NCBI GenBank assembly: GCA_907165135.1 | Contig: OU015567.1 | Location: 13,392,001-13,456,000 of the forward strand | Source: Oikopleura dioica | Lineage: Eukaryota > Animalia > Chordata | Reading direction: 5' to 3' | DNA: 64,000 bases | Shown: positions 47,101 through 56,329 of the stretch, in pieces | Layout: the number at the start of each line of letters is the position of its first letter | Numbering within the stretch: position 1 is the stretch's first letter | Notes under the pieces: generated by a model | Seen by the model: only the letters and a program-made list of their open reading frames with translations | What the model was told of the DNA's origin: nothing | Databases searched by the model: none | Translations under genes and position numbers: made by a program

Positions 47101-49923
47101 GCCACTTCTAGCGCAGTCTCCGACTACCCTGACGTTCGACGCGGTTAATTCGACATTCGCCTCGCCGTTGGGACCTTTCTTCGAGACTCCGAAGAAACTC
47201 ATGTAGTTTGCAGCGGTCATGTGCTTCGGCAACCTTACCAGCACGCCCTCCGCCGCTTCTTGATCCAGTTTTTCTTCGATAGCTCGTGTTACGCTCTCTG
47301 GTAAGTTCTTCCCATAACCGATTGGTGCCGCTTTCGGGCTTCTGTCCGAATTACCCTCGTCAATTTTAGCATGTACTGTAAAGTCTCTGTCGGCAACGTG
47401 TCCGATCGTGCCTTCGAACAAAGGTGTGAACTCATCCAACAGCGCGTTCATCTCTTTCTTTTCGGAATCGTTCAAGACGTTTCCAAAAGGGTCAATTTGT
47501 ACATCTTTCCGTGAGTTTTTCTCCCTATTCTCCGCGTGAATTCGTTCGAGCTTTCTAGCCCAAGCGCGGTTCCCATCTGGGTCGTATGCCTTTGTTGGTT
47601 CCATGCCTGCGAACGAGCTTCGATCAAAAATATGGTCGTGCAAGGTAGGGTTCCGTTCCACCGATTCCATGAGCATTAAATCCTGGCTGTTTATAGGGGT
47701 TTTATTAGAATTCACCCAGACATCTCGTATATTCTTATTTCTGACCTCGACTATTAAGTCGTCGTCATTCCTGCCGCCTATCTTCACTTCAACTCTGTTT
47801 CGAACGAATCCATCAACGCCGAGGATGATCGTGTTGCCTTTGCCTGCGTAGACCCTGCAATTTTCAAATTCTAATTTTAGATTTTCATTGAACTCTATGT
47901 CGAAATCTGCAAGATAGTTCTCGAAATGCATCCTGCCGCCGCTTGCTACTTTAGCGCTTGCCGGGCTGCAATCTGTAAGTTTAACGTTTCGGCTGCATCT
48001 ATGCATTAAAATTTCCACGAAACTTTCTGGAACTACTGATATCGTGGCGCCAGAGTCTATTAAGACTTTATAGCTTTCTAACTCGTTCGATTTATTCGCA
48101 ATTTTAAAGTGGATGTCGAATCGACCTCTATTTGTAGTCGTTGCCGCTCTGCACTCATCTATTCTAGAAAAATTTGTTAATGAATTCTCTTCAGTGATCG
48201 CCTTACTGATGCCGCATGAAGAGTATTCGTCGACTACGTGAACTTCCTCCAGTGATTCTTCATCCGTCTCTTCTTCCATGTCGTTCCTAAGTAAGTCTTC
48301 CATCAGCGCTACGAGAACCGAGCTTTCTCCGTCGTCCTGGTCTAAAACAAATGCCCGGTAATCCTGGCCTTTTCCCCGCACTTTATGTGACCGGTCGAAC
48401 GCCTTTTTAAACGCATTCTTTGTCTGCCTAACTCTATTATTTCGGTTACCTTGGTTCCTCGGTCTTGGGAACAAATGGAAGCATTTCTTCGTGAGCTTCT
48501 CGTTCGCATACTTGAGTTCACTAGCGGTGAGGGTAAGGCTTGTTTTCGAGTAAACCTCCCCCGTTTTTGTGTCTACGATGAACTTACTGTTATTTAGGGC
48601 GAACTTTGAATCCAGCTTCTTGGTGCGGTTGGGCAACACGGCATTAACTTCCTCCTCGTCTGATCCGAAGACTGACGAAGTGCTGCTGAGATCCTCTAAG
48701 ACGTTTACTTTGTCGTACTTTTCTTTCTTCCGTGAAACCCTTTTCCATTCTGAATAAACCGATTCTAAAGCTTTCCCCATATCTCCACCGTCACTGATGT
48801 CAGCCGCCAAGCGGATGTGTTCCAGCATCACGTGGCCTTTGGCATTCGTGATTTTATCCATTTCATCAAACACTAAACGCTTATTGCATAAGAAGTCTCT
48901 TAGGCCTACCTCGGCGAAGTCTATGCCGGCTTTCTTCGCAAGCTTCTGTGTAATCTCATCGAGATTCTTCTTACCAATGAAGCTAATCGTAAAGAAAACT
49001 GCTAATGTATCCATGAACGGCGTCCATTTTTCTGAAGGTGATCCTTCCACATTATAATAAGCATTTAAACGAGTTGATGTGGTGTTTCCGAGTGTCGTCC
49101 CTTTAGGGAAACGTTCACTTCTTTCATGCCGGACTATAAACTCTGCCAGGCACGATTTTATGTTATCAAAACAATTCGAAGCCTTGGCGCCACTGAACTT
49201 GCCGAAACAGAAGCTGCGTAAGATCTCAATGTTTCGCACGAAGGTATTAACGCTCGTATCCTCGCAGTTTAGTTCCAATTGGCACCGTAAGTATTCCCGC
49301 AAATTGACTTGTTCCCCGTCACACACCCCCTTGCGGCTGTTCGGCTCAACCGCCACGAGTATTATCTTTCCAACGCATCTTACGACATCTCTCATGTGTT
49401 CAGTTGGTGTTTTATTTCCATCCGTTGCTGGCTTGAACACGTTCGAGAAGTCCGACACGGCGAGATATGGAAAAAATGTTCCCATGAACCATTCTTTCTG
49501 CTTTTGCACGGTAAAATCCTTCTCATCGTAGTGTTTGCTTTTTACAAACCCTTTTTTATCGTCACTAACTTTTATATTCTCTAAGCAATCCAGCCCGACA
49601 TATCTTCCTTCCTTTTGGAACGATTCAAACTCTTCCAGATTTATCGGGATGCCAAGGTCTCCCGACCAATTTGGCCCCGTGACTGAGTCAGAAACTCCCC
49701 AGAGCAGCGGTACTTTATCTTCGTGTCCTAGCATCGGGGACTTTGGGAGCTGTTTTCTTACGGTCTCATTTAGATGGAGGGTCAACTCCCTGTACCAGTC
49801 TTTGGCCTTTCTCGCCCTTGTGTGTCCATCTGAATCCACAAAGGCGAGGCGAGGGATTTTGCTGTCCCCCGCACAAAACCCGAAGGGTTTTACATCTTCG
49901 AAGATGCGCGACGAGAAGCTCAT
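44137..49923 (-). CDS. pol: Gag-Pol polyprotein (1928 aa, single ORF)
   Basis: Protease VLIDSGATISVV; RT VQVDISSMF...LPMGWVSSP...YMDDFL; RNase H LVVDSS...LELHGI...ITDSLSV; integrase H..C..CLSC, LADVIT, IMDGSS. Confidence 0.96.
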   Translation of the reverse strand: MSFSSRIFEDVKPFGFCAGDSKIPRLAFVDSDGHTRARKAKDWYRELTLHLNETVRKQLPKSPMLGHEDKVPLLWGVSDSVTGPNWSGDLGIPINLEEFESFQKEGRYVGLDCLENIKVSDDKKGFVKSKHYDEKDFTVQKQKEWFMGTFFPYLAVSDFSNVFKPATDGNKTPTEHMRDVVRCVGKIILVAVEPNSRKGVCDGEQVNLREYLRCQLELNCEDTSVNTFVRNIEILRSFCFGKFSGAKASNCFDNIKSCLAEFIVRHERSERFPKGTTLGNTTSTRLNAYYNVEGSPSEKWTPFMDTLAVFFTISFIGKKNLDEITQKLAKKAGIDFAEVGLRDFLCNKRLVFDEMDKITNAKGHVMLEHIRLAADISDGGDMGKALESVYSEWKRVSRKKEKYDKVNVLEDLSSTSSVFGSDEEEVNAVLPNRTKKLDSKFALNNSKFIVDTKTGEVYSKTSLTLTASELKYANEKLTKKCFHLFPRPRNQGNRNNRVRQTKNAFKKAFDRSHKVRGKGQDYRAFVLDQDDGESSVLVALMEDLLRNDMEEETDEESLEEVHVVDEYSSCGISKAITEENSLTNFSRIDECRAATTTNRGRFDIHFKIANKSNELESYKVLIDSGATISVVPESFVEILMHRCSRNVKLTDCSPASAKVASGGRMHFENYLADFDIEFNENLKLEFENCRVYAGKGNTIILGVDGFVRNRVEVKIGGRNDDDLIVEVRNKNIRDVWVNSNKTPINSQDLMLMESVERNPTLHDHIFDRSSFAGMEPTKAYDPDGNRAWARKLERIHAENREKNSRKDVQIDPFGNVLNDSEKKEMNALLDEFTPLFEGTIGHVADRDFTVHAKIDEGNSDRSPKAAPIGYGKNLPESVTRAIEEKLDQEAAEGVLVRLPKHMTAANYMSFFGVSKKGPNGEANVELTASNVRVVGDCARSGINDKTEHVARQTDSIERILQLSAPFTRKGYVVQVDISSMFHCFDIEEELWKHFVILHPKVGELAYRRLPMGWVSSPVLAREMITRIMYDHLEYTSIYMDDFLIVAGNFEELKDRLRKVFKTLMYRNLRLKGSKCVIASKEIVLLGRKVKNGQICPSNHVLKKALAENPDTIRTVKQLKRYIGIINYLSIGLPRRTELMWKLNEAASGQKKLSDAVAWTVELKECYNKLARAINDQMISLYPIEKDLDTYLVVDSSNLGSGGYLYQKKGDKTQIVKLWSRKRGDAQLKTQWSSCQLELHGILSATLAFCWEIDFVDKPVVIITDSLSVKKLFDRARMGKELSLDKRINDQIVKLLNFDVEVVYEKGESTQIDLADFISRTDYLLKDCDNNCAICSSSDSLNCLFEEGLDISSFVSIPAVDFERFEEVFALEDELAFRALQGSLKTRLVSSWKRRAAEVDAIVTRSKVKRDVRKSQKSRKTEQDFEKEILAFDGVGFLRDRHLIRRIQDGDPILSRVIESKSPKGKMPGPKDRRAESLRGSTTLDSDGEPKILRKRKIMVGTRICNPIVIPEALGPAVAKAFHRGNCGTITRLKNLMKSEVWFPKLDAIAANVVNNCLSCTYQRNRKKIVTEELEYDDLDAKHVGEVLLADVITRNAHRNHDESTMKFYIVSCILSGYSRIYNVKNSENNSVKGSEIMLKAINDFDRGLRLNGKVKVIMDGSSVNKSIRNREFWKDLNVEFVLPSKPSTSKNYLAPLDSRIAKLSPTLQAEIWNKRSPNIMELTVADSVNRTVSAHGYSPMEVWTDRRTSDGKSINVDLAKIREFVSKARNRSRNAETRLKTPGRIRDPLVLKPFEKGDKYGGEVVSPIKLGDFVLIEGNYDKNKRHPWFKITKTAEIPNGIDWMSGQIGTKRMGLENIKHYTWCFKSIKAVVDGDNRNEDDMNEYTKAMLVFLNEVEELSMVEHLKPRSTVTDKKIWPYGKNMPDPYV

Positions 49924-50016
49924 CGCATATGCTCAGGAAAACGTCCTAGCAGACGAGGTTCAGTACGCAGGGGGAAGTAAGGTTCGTGCCGCTCAGTAAC
50001 TGAGCTTCAGTCACCA

Positions 50017-50395
50017 CGTTGAACTTTCCCTGCTATAGATACAGAAACTCGAGATTCGGTCCGGGTTTCCCCGTTTATTATGCGTGCACAGTTTCCAAGG
50101 GTACAGTCGAGCGGTCCAAGCGGTCTTCTGCGGATGGATTGGCTAACGGGCGGTACTGAACCTAAAGTTCCGTTAGTACTGGTCGGGACAGTTCTCTTTA
50201 ATCAAGGTCGGGCCTAGCCTCAGGATTCCTGAGCTCCTACCTCGCCGGATCTCGGTGCGAGTCTGGCGAATCCAAACTGCACCTGGTCAGCGCGATAGTG
50301 GCCTTTCCTAAGGGCGAGTCGCCGACTCCCCTATTACTCGTCAAGGGACCGCTGTCCTTGGCAGCTGTCTCCGAGACTGGGTATCACCCTTAACG
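50017..50395 (-). repeat. 5' LTR (379 bp)
   Basis: Direct repeat of 36487-36865; on the minus strand it is followed immediately by the TGG-initiated PBS. Confidence 0.95.
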
Positions 50396-50897
50396 TTCAA
50401 CAATCAACGGTTAATCGAGAACTAGAAAACTATTCAAACTAAACACTTCTAATTGTTAAATTCGTGTGTCTAAAATTGGAGTCTTCTTGAAACATAGTTT
50501 TGGACAACCAAAAATAAGTTTTCTCGTTCATGTACTCAACCTGGACCCGCTACAATGCCTTCATAGAACTGGCTATTGGAGAATCTAATGTGCTCAAAGA
50601 AATCGTCAAATTTCTTGCCAAAGAACTACCTAAGGTCGGTCATTCTTGCATTTGAGTCAGAACATGGTGAATAATGAACAAAGCCACTTTTGGTTGAGCT
50701 AGGGCTCACGCAAACGGCCAAGGATAATGAAAATGCCGATTATATCAATGAGAACTTAATTTACTTTTCAATATTAATTATCGTCATGACGCAAATAAAA
50801 ATGGCCAAAAAGAATACACTCTTCCGCGGACGCGTTACAAATCCATCAACAAATGATCAAATGTAAATTGCCTTTTTTTCATCGCAACTTATATTTT

Positions 50898-51594
50898 AGC
50901 CTATCCCTCGAGCCTTGTAACTTGACAAAAGACGAGGACTGGGTTTGGCTGAGACTGAACCGACCTGAACTGCTTCAAGAAGGGGCCGCACGTGGCAGTG
51001 AAAAATTAGCGAAGACAGGTCGAAAATTAGAAATTTCGCAGGTCGAGTCAAGCGATGTTTCCAATATTCTGGCGATGATCCAGGAGTTGGCGATTTACGA
51101 AGATATGCTCGACCAATGTAAAATGACGAAAGAGTGGCTGGATGAGGATTTTTCCGCTGGGCCTAAGTTTGGCAAGTTTGATGGGAATCTGTGCGTTGCT
51201 ACGATCGCCAAGTTGGACGGGCAAGTAGTTGGATACACCGTCAGCATCGGTCAGTTTCTAACAAGTTCGCTGAGGTTCAACTTGTTTCAGACTTTTTCAC
51301 GACTTCGCATGGGAAAGAAACCTATCTCGAAGATTTATACGTCAAAGAAGCGTTCCGCGGACAGGGAATTGGTTCGATTCTGTTAAATTCAGTTTCCGAA
51401 TCTTCACAGTCTCGAGGAGCGGCGGGGGTGTACTGGGTTTGTTTAGGTAATCGAATTTGCTATCTAGGCGTTTTAGGTTCTTTTTAGCCTGGAATAAAAA
51501 ATCGCTGTGCTTTTACGAGAAAATGGGCGCCAACCCTCTCGACGTTACATTTTTCCGATTCGAGCCAGAGATTCAAAAATGGATGCTTGAATGA
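50898..51594 (+). CDS. GNAT-family diamine (spermidine/spermine) N-acetyltransferase-like protein; 5' end uncertain
   Basis: DVSNILAMIQELAIYE; YLEDLYVKEAFRGQGIGSILL; AWNKKSLCFYEKMGA; two in-frame GT-AG introns. Confidence 0.85.
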
Positions 51595-51616
51595 ACTGCT
51601 GTTGAATAAATTAGAT

Positions 51617-52626
51617 TTATTGAATTTTGATATGCAGGCTAGAAAAAGAACTGACTTTGATTCCACATATCTGGATCAAGGGCAGCGTCGATTGTGTCTC
51701 CCGATAGATCTAAAGAGTCTTTAGGAAATTGACTCGAATATAAATCTAATACCGTCAGATCTTCTTTCGCGTTTCCATTTCATACGTCGATTTTGAAACC
51801 ATATTTTCACCTAAATATTTAAATAAGAGTTTATAAGTTTACTCATGAATAAAGAAGTTTGAACTCATCTAATAATGCACAATTTGACGTACCTGCCGAT
51901 CTGTTAGATTAACCAAATTAGCAAGCTCTTGTCTGCGATCTCGAGATAGCTAAAATACTGTTGCTTTGATGAGTTCAGAAGGAGTGCATACATATTGATT
52001 GAAGCGAAATTCCTTCTCGAGCTCAAGAAGTTGGTTCCTTGAATATGGCACGCGTTTTTTTCGCTGCGCAGTTGATTTGAGCCAGCTTTTGGTTGGGTCT
52101 TCCTTGTCTTCAGTCTCGTCCTAAAATTAACATTCACTTGTTATCACTGAATTAAAACTACCTCTTTTGTCGACTTTTCTTCTTCTTTTTTGTCCTCGTT
52201 TCCCTCGTCATCCTTTTTTGAAGTCTTCTCCGTCGTCTGCTTTTTTCTTTGTCTGCTTCGTTCGCCCTTCTTTGCAATTGTATTCGTATATCTCGCAACA
52301 TCAGGCCGCAGTCGAAAAATCCCTGGACCATACGTACCGGGGTACTGCTTTTGGTATTCATTAGATTACTATCCTCTTTTTGTACGTACTGGATAAGGCC
52401 AATTTGAGTAGAAAGATGACTGCATAAGAGGATTTGGCGCTTGCAATGATGAATTCAGAGGCGGCAGAGTTGAACGAAAAGGAAAAGGCTTTAAATATTA
52501 TTATCTTGGAAGTCAGAAGGGGAAATTTACCTGTATAACATTTCCAGAATAGAAAGCATTTGATTTCGGCGCGTGACTATAATTAGTCTGCTCCGGCAGG
52601 TGCTCCTTGGCAAGTAGGTTCTCCAT
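51617..52626 (-). CDS. Posterior (AbdB-class) Hox homeobox protein, most like tunicate Hox10
   Basis: Spliced homeodomain SWLKSTAQ-RKKRVPYSRNQLLELEKEFRFNQY/LSRDRRQELANLVNLTDRQ/VKIWFQNRRMKWKRERR; introns 51950-51991 and 51811-51892 lie inside the homeobox. Upstream exons splice in frame to ATG 52626. Paralog group (9 or 10) is inferred. Confidence 0.9.
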
Positions 52627-53318
52627 AAACGGAGATTACACGATAACAATAAAAAACAATAAAAAGCAATCAATTTTTAATTGACTTTTATCTCTTTGCA
52701 ATAAAGAATTGTGGAGTGCAAATGGGCCAACTTCCCTCAATGCAACGGAAGATTCGCACGTTTTACGACTCCGAATCCTTTTTAGCGCCTCGAAAAAAAA
52801 GGTTGCGGATTAGGAGTACTGTAATTTCAATATCAAAAGGAAAGCCGCGCAGTTGGTTATCAAGGGCATTTCAGAAATTCATCCAAGGTTTTGTACAGCT
52901 CAATTTTTTATAAGATTTAACTTATGATCATGATGATCAGATCATCTTGAATTGGCTAGATAATTGATACAAAAGCCGTCATTACTCATATAAAATGTGA
53001 TTTTTACCGTCAGTCTATTGATTAGCCAGACATAACTGATATATACCACGTGATAAAGGGCCGAATAAATATCTGCCAATTCCGGTCGAGGTGAAGAACG
53101 ACTGTTTTCCGCTCTTGACACGAGAGAAATAACTCACTTCTCCCAGATTCATAGAGACGAAAGAATAGTCGTTGTCACTTTTCAAGACACGAAATCTTCG
53201 CGCTTATTTCTCATGCCTAGTGCAAAACTGTTTCAATAGTTAAACCCAGTCAATGAAATTTTGCATTGATTTATTGAAGGAAAGAATGATTCTACAGGTT
53301 TTCAGAAGTTTTCAGAGG

Positions 53319-54248
53319 TTATTTACCAAGACGACTTCTTGGCATTTCCGACTGGCTCATTGTCGCTCGAGTTGTGCGTTTTGGTTTTTGAGTTGTTTCT
53401 TCGGGACCATCCACTTGTTTCAAACTCTCTAAAAATTCGAAGTAATCTTCGCTTGAAATTTTTCGGATGATTTTGGTATCCAGCGCGTGGTATTTTTTCG
53501 GAAAGATTTGAATCTTGATGATGGAGTTGTGCTCTGGCGTCATTGAGGCACGAAGAATAAGATGATCATCTTCGTTGAGGAAGGCCTCCTTCTTCTTCTT
53601 GAAAATTTTACGAGACAGTCGATTGTGGTTGTGATAGAGCATGTAGCCAGGTCCTGTTGCAAGACTGTCGACATCTCGAGGACACAGGTTCTTTTCTCCT
53701 GTTTTCTTGCAGAGCATGGTTGCCAGAACGTTACTGTAAAAGTTGAAATTGTACGGAAGATCGAACATAATGTCCAAATAAGAGAGGTCGTTCTTAGAGC
53801 AAACAGTTAGATCGACATCATTGGAGGTAGCTTCGCAAGGGTCGAAGAAATACTTGAGCTGAATCTGGGCGCCATAGAGACCCCATTTTTTCTTTGCCGA
53901 AATGAATGACGCGCTACCTGGATTGAGATTTCCGGAATCAGATGTAAGACGACCGGACACGCGGAAGTGGCCGAGATTGTGGATAGTCCAGTGAGAGTAA
54001 TTTTCGAGGGAAATCGCGGCCGATACTCTCGTTGAGCGATCCAAGAATGAAGAGAACTTCTTCTTTGGCACATCAAGGGCTGAGAAGAGGGAGTCCAAGC
54101 TAACGGGAGTCGCAGTTGTGGTCGTTGTAGTGGTAGTTGTCGTAGTAGCCGTCGATGTCGTTGTAGTAGAGGTCGTGTTCTCGACCTCCTTCCTGTCCTT
54201 TATCACGGCAACTGCGAAGTGGAGAAGAATAATTTTGAAGAAAACCAT
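53319..54248 (-). CDS. Actinoporin-like protein with signal peptide and Thr-rich stalk (309 aa, single ORF)
   Basis: RVSAAISLENYSHW...FRVSG...LNPG...KK..G..G...Y and LDIMFDLPYNFNFYSNVL resemble the actinoporin core and its P-Y-x-x-N-x-Y-S-N signature. Confidence 0.7.
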   Translation of the reverse strand: MVFFKIILLHFAVAVIKDRKEVENTTSTTTTSTATTTTTTTTTTTATPVSLDSLFSALDVPKKKFSSFLDRSTRVSAAISLENYSHWTIHNLGHFRVSGRLTSDSGNLNPGSASFISAKKKWGLYGAQIQLKYFFDPCEATSNDVDLTVCSKNDLSYLDIMFDLPYNFNFYSNVLATMLCKKTGEKNLCPRDVDSLATGPGYMLYHNHNRLSRKIFKKKKEAFLNEDDHLILRASMTPEHNSIIKIQIFPKKYHALDTKIIRKISSEDYFEFLESLKQVDGPEETTQKPKRTTRATMSQSEMPRSRLGK

Positions 54249-54689
54249 TTTCTGTTTATATTTTTGTTCTGGTGAGAAGAAGTGCAGCTCGACTTTTATA
54301 CGGTAAAAACAGGTGCGAAGGTGTTATCAACTGAATCTAAGGTACCTTAAATGCAGGTGTCCATCGCACGATCGAAATCTAATAGTCGATATGAGAAAAA
54401 ATATTAAAAGCGCTATTTTCAATGGAAAATAGTTTGATTTTTGTGACGCAAGCTATTAAATCTCAAGCTTTAACGATGTGCGTAATTTTGCCCCCTATAT
54501 AAAGAAGTTTCCGTTTTTAGAAAAATCACTTTTCTTTTCTCTCAGAAATGAAAATACGACAAGATAGAGTTTCTGGCGCCTTCTGATATTCTTTTTCAAG
54601 AAGAGAACGCGTTAGAGATATTTGTTCTGGAAAAATATTACTAAAAAATTTGACAATATAATATTGTCAATATTAAACGTTTCTGAATT

Positions 54690-55759
54690 AAGCTTTCACA
54701 ACTACAACGACGACGACAACAACAGAAGCTACTACAACCAAAACGACAACAACTTCGCCAACTACAACAACGACGAGTACAACAACAACTACAACAACAA
54801 CAGAAGCTACCACAACTTCCACATCAAAAACGACAACAACGACACAAGCGACAAGTACAACGACTACGACAACGGAGGCTACAACAACTACGACGACAAC
54901 AACAACAACGACAACAACCTCGTCCTCTTCCCCAACATGTCCGCCCCTGACTTCTAGCTTCGGATTAACAAACGGTTCTTGGAGCTGTGATGGAAATGAA
55001 GAAGATGACAACTGTCGATGGATTTGCGACTATGGAATCCCCACTGGAGCTCGTTCAAAATGCCTCGCTGAAAAAACAGGCGACTGGAAAGCTCCGAGCG
55101 ATAAAGTAAAGGCTAAAGCTGACTGCTCGCTCTGTGAAGAAGTTGGACCCGATTTGACACCTACCGATGGAAGTAAGTAACATCGCTAGATAATTTTTAA
55201 ATTAGTTCATTAGCTTGGACCTGTCAAAACAAGAAGGCAAAACGAATTTGCCAGTTAAACTGCCCAGACCGAAAACGAGCTGTTTTCGCAGAGTGCATCG
55301 TTGCTAAGAACCAAGCATTCGCGATCAACACGAAGATTTCGCAAGAAGAAAATACATGCGAGCCGGTGGTCGGACCTTGTGACGTCTCCCTTGTCACGGT
55401 AATTCATGCGCTCAATCGTAATTGAATCTTGGTTTTGTATACGTAATTATACCAATTCAAGTTTTATTGCTCTATCGTTTCCTAGCACAGCGTGGTTATT
55501 AGTTAACTCTAGCCATCAATCAAATGCGGAAAATTATTTATCTCAGGAAAACGCACCCGACAACGCTAAATGGAATGGCATCGACTTCTCGGCTGCATTT
55601 GACTTCTCGCAGACAAGCTCTGATCCAAAGATCGTTCTTTGGGGAAGACGAAAGTGCAACTCTGGCGACGGCTTCCACCCCAAGACTCAAATCATGTGCA
55701 AAATTACTAAAAAGGGAGCAAAATGGATTTTCAAGGGCAACGCGCAGAAAAACTGTTGA
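54690..55759 (+). CDS. Mucin-like Thr-rich protein with three small Cys modules; 5' exon not resolved
   Basis: ACA/ACG/ACT-rich tract 54698-54920 encoding poly-Thr, then WSCDG...CRWIC, WTC...CQLNC and RKCNSG...MCK...W...C* joined by GT-AG introns. Confidence 0.7.
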
Positions 55760-56329
55760 AACGACTGATCGATTCTATTTCTCAATAAACAAATTATTCT
55801 TTATGAATGTCTTCTGCTTTAATTTTATTTGACCTCATCTCATGGAAATTCGTGGCCGCCTATAATTATGAGTTCGAGTTCGTAAAAAGGCCTTCAGAAC
55901 AGATTATACTCATCTCTTTGGCCTCGTAAAAAAACTCACCAGTCAGAGTTTGTTTCCTTTGTCCTACGAAAAGAAAGACTTTTCCCATTCCTACTTATGT
56001 GTATTTTAAGATAACTTCAGTAGGCTTCATGCTTGAGAGATTATTAATTTAATCTCAAGAACTCCCCGCTGTTCAAAGCGATTGAATAAAATAATTGATA
56101 TTTTTGCCGAAATGAAATCAGCGATGGTCAATACGTTTTATTGAGAAGTTTTCTTCTGGTTTTGCGTAAAACCAAACAACACAATTTTCACAAGTTTGCC
56201 GGGCGAATCGCCGCATAAACACACCGAGAGATAATAGAAGAAGACGAAAGAGAATCTCGTTACGAGATTAACAACGATATCATTAAAGACTCTCAGGGCC
56301 CCTGAGGTTCAAGGAGACGTTTGCTGAAT

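Larger units (their letters stand above)
36487..50395 (-). mobile_element. 13.9 kb Ty3/gypsy (Tor-like) LTR retrotransposon with multi-gene cargo
   Basis: Two 379 bp LTRs with no differences seen by eye. PBS TGGTGACTGAAGC immediately inside the 5' LTR (about 50004-50016). PPT GGTAAAGAAGGGGG (36867-36880) next to the 3' LTR. pol order PR-RT-RH-IN. Confidence 0.96.

Noticed and set aside
44131-49999. Many plus-strand ORFs opposite pol
   Set aside because: Shadow ORFs of the long pol frame without splice or domain evidence.
54622-55011. Asn/Asp-rich and Val-rich ORFs over the ACA repeat tract
   Set aside because: Alternative frames of the poly-Thr mucin exon.
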